This document shows, one piece after another, positions 63,811 through 64,000 of a stretch of DNA of 64,000 bases. This stretch comes from Torpedo marmorata. Its lineage: Eukaryota. Position numbers and translations under genes: made by a program. The stretch lies in the NCBI GenBank assembly GCA_977017645.1, contig OZ360219.1:121396001-121460000 (forward strand), in the 5' to 3' direction. The notes beneath the pieces were generated by a model. It ran no database searches, was not told the origin of the DNA, and saw only the letters and a list, made by a program, of their open reading frames with translations. Every line of letters begins with the position of its first letter. Within the stretch, counting starts at the first letter, position 1.

Positions 63811-64000
63811 GTAAAAGATAATTTCTTGAGCTCACAGACACTACCTCGTCACTGCCCTTGCACTGTTTTAACTGAACTTTCTCCGTAACACTATACTTGG
63901 CACTTTTGTTTTATTTTTGCGCAACCTGCTGTATTTAAGTATGAGTTGGTTTGCATGGATTGCACACAAAGTGGTTTTTCACTGAATCTCATTACACAGT

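Overview
This is vertebrate genomic DNA, most likely from a cartilaginous fish. That is inferred from the repeat families: CR1 with an SGNH-esterase ORF1, Rex1, fish-type L1/Tx1, Penelope-derived and HE1-like repeats. Most of the window is nested transposable elements, and many boundaries can be fixed exactly from target-site duplications (TSDs). The only well-supported host gene is a + strand Ig-superfamily receptor with a leader exon (39414-39489) and a single-exon VJ-type V domain (39699-40034), TMIGD2/CD28H-like; I could not find its TM and cytoplasmic exons. The strongest novelty candidate is a BEL/Pao LTR element (43212-48938) downstream of the V exon, presumably intronic. Its RT, RNase H and integrase core are replaced by an in-frame coiled-coil that resembles the host gene MIPOL1, and its Gag starts with a SAFB/SLTM-like SAP domain. 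Both BEL elements and an intact, identical-LTR Gypsy element (57464-61995) lack a tRNA primer-binding site. Each instead has a post-LTR sequence complementary to its own LTR, suggesting self-priming or RNA structure, with a compensatory change between the two BEL families. Protein similarities are from recall, not database searches. Most short ORFs in the track are antisense or shadow frames of repeats.
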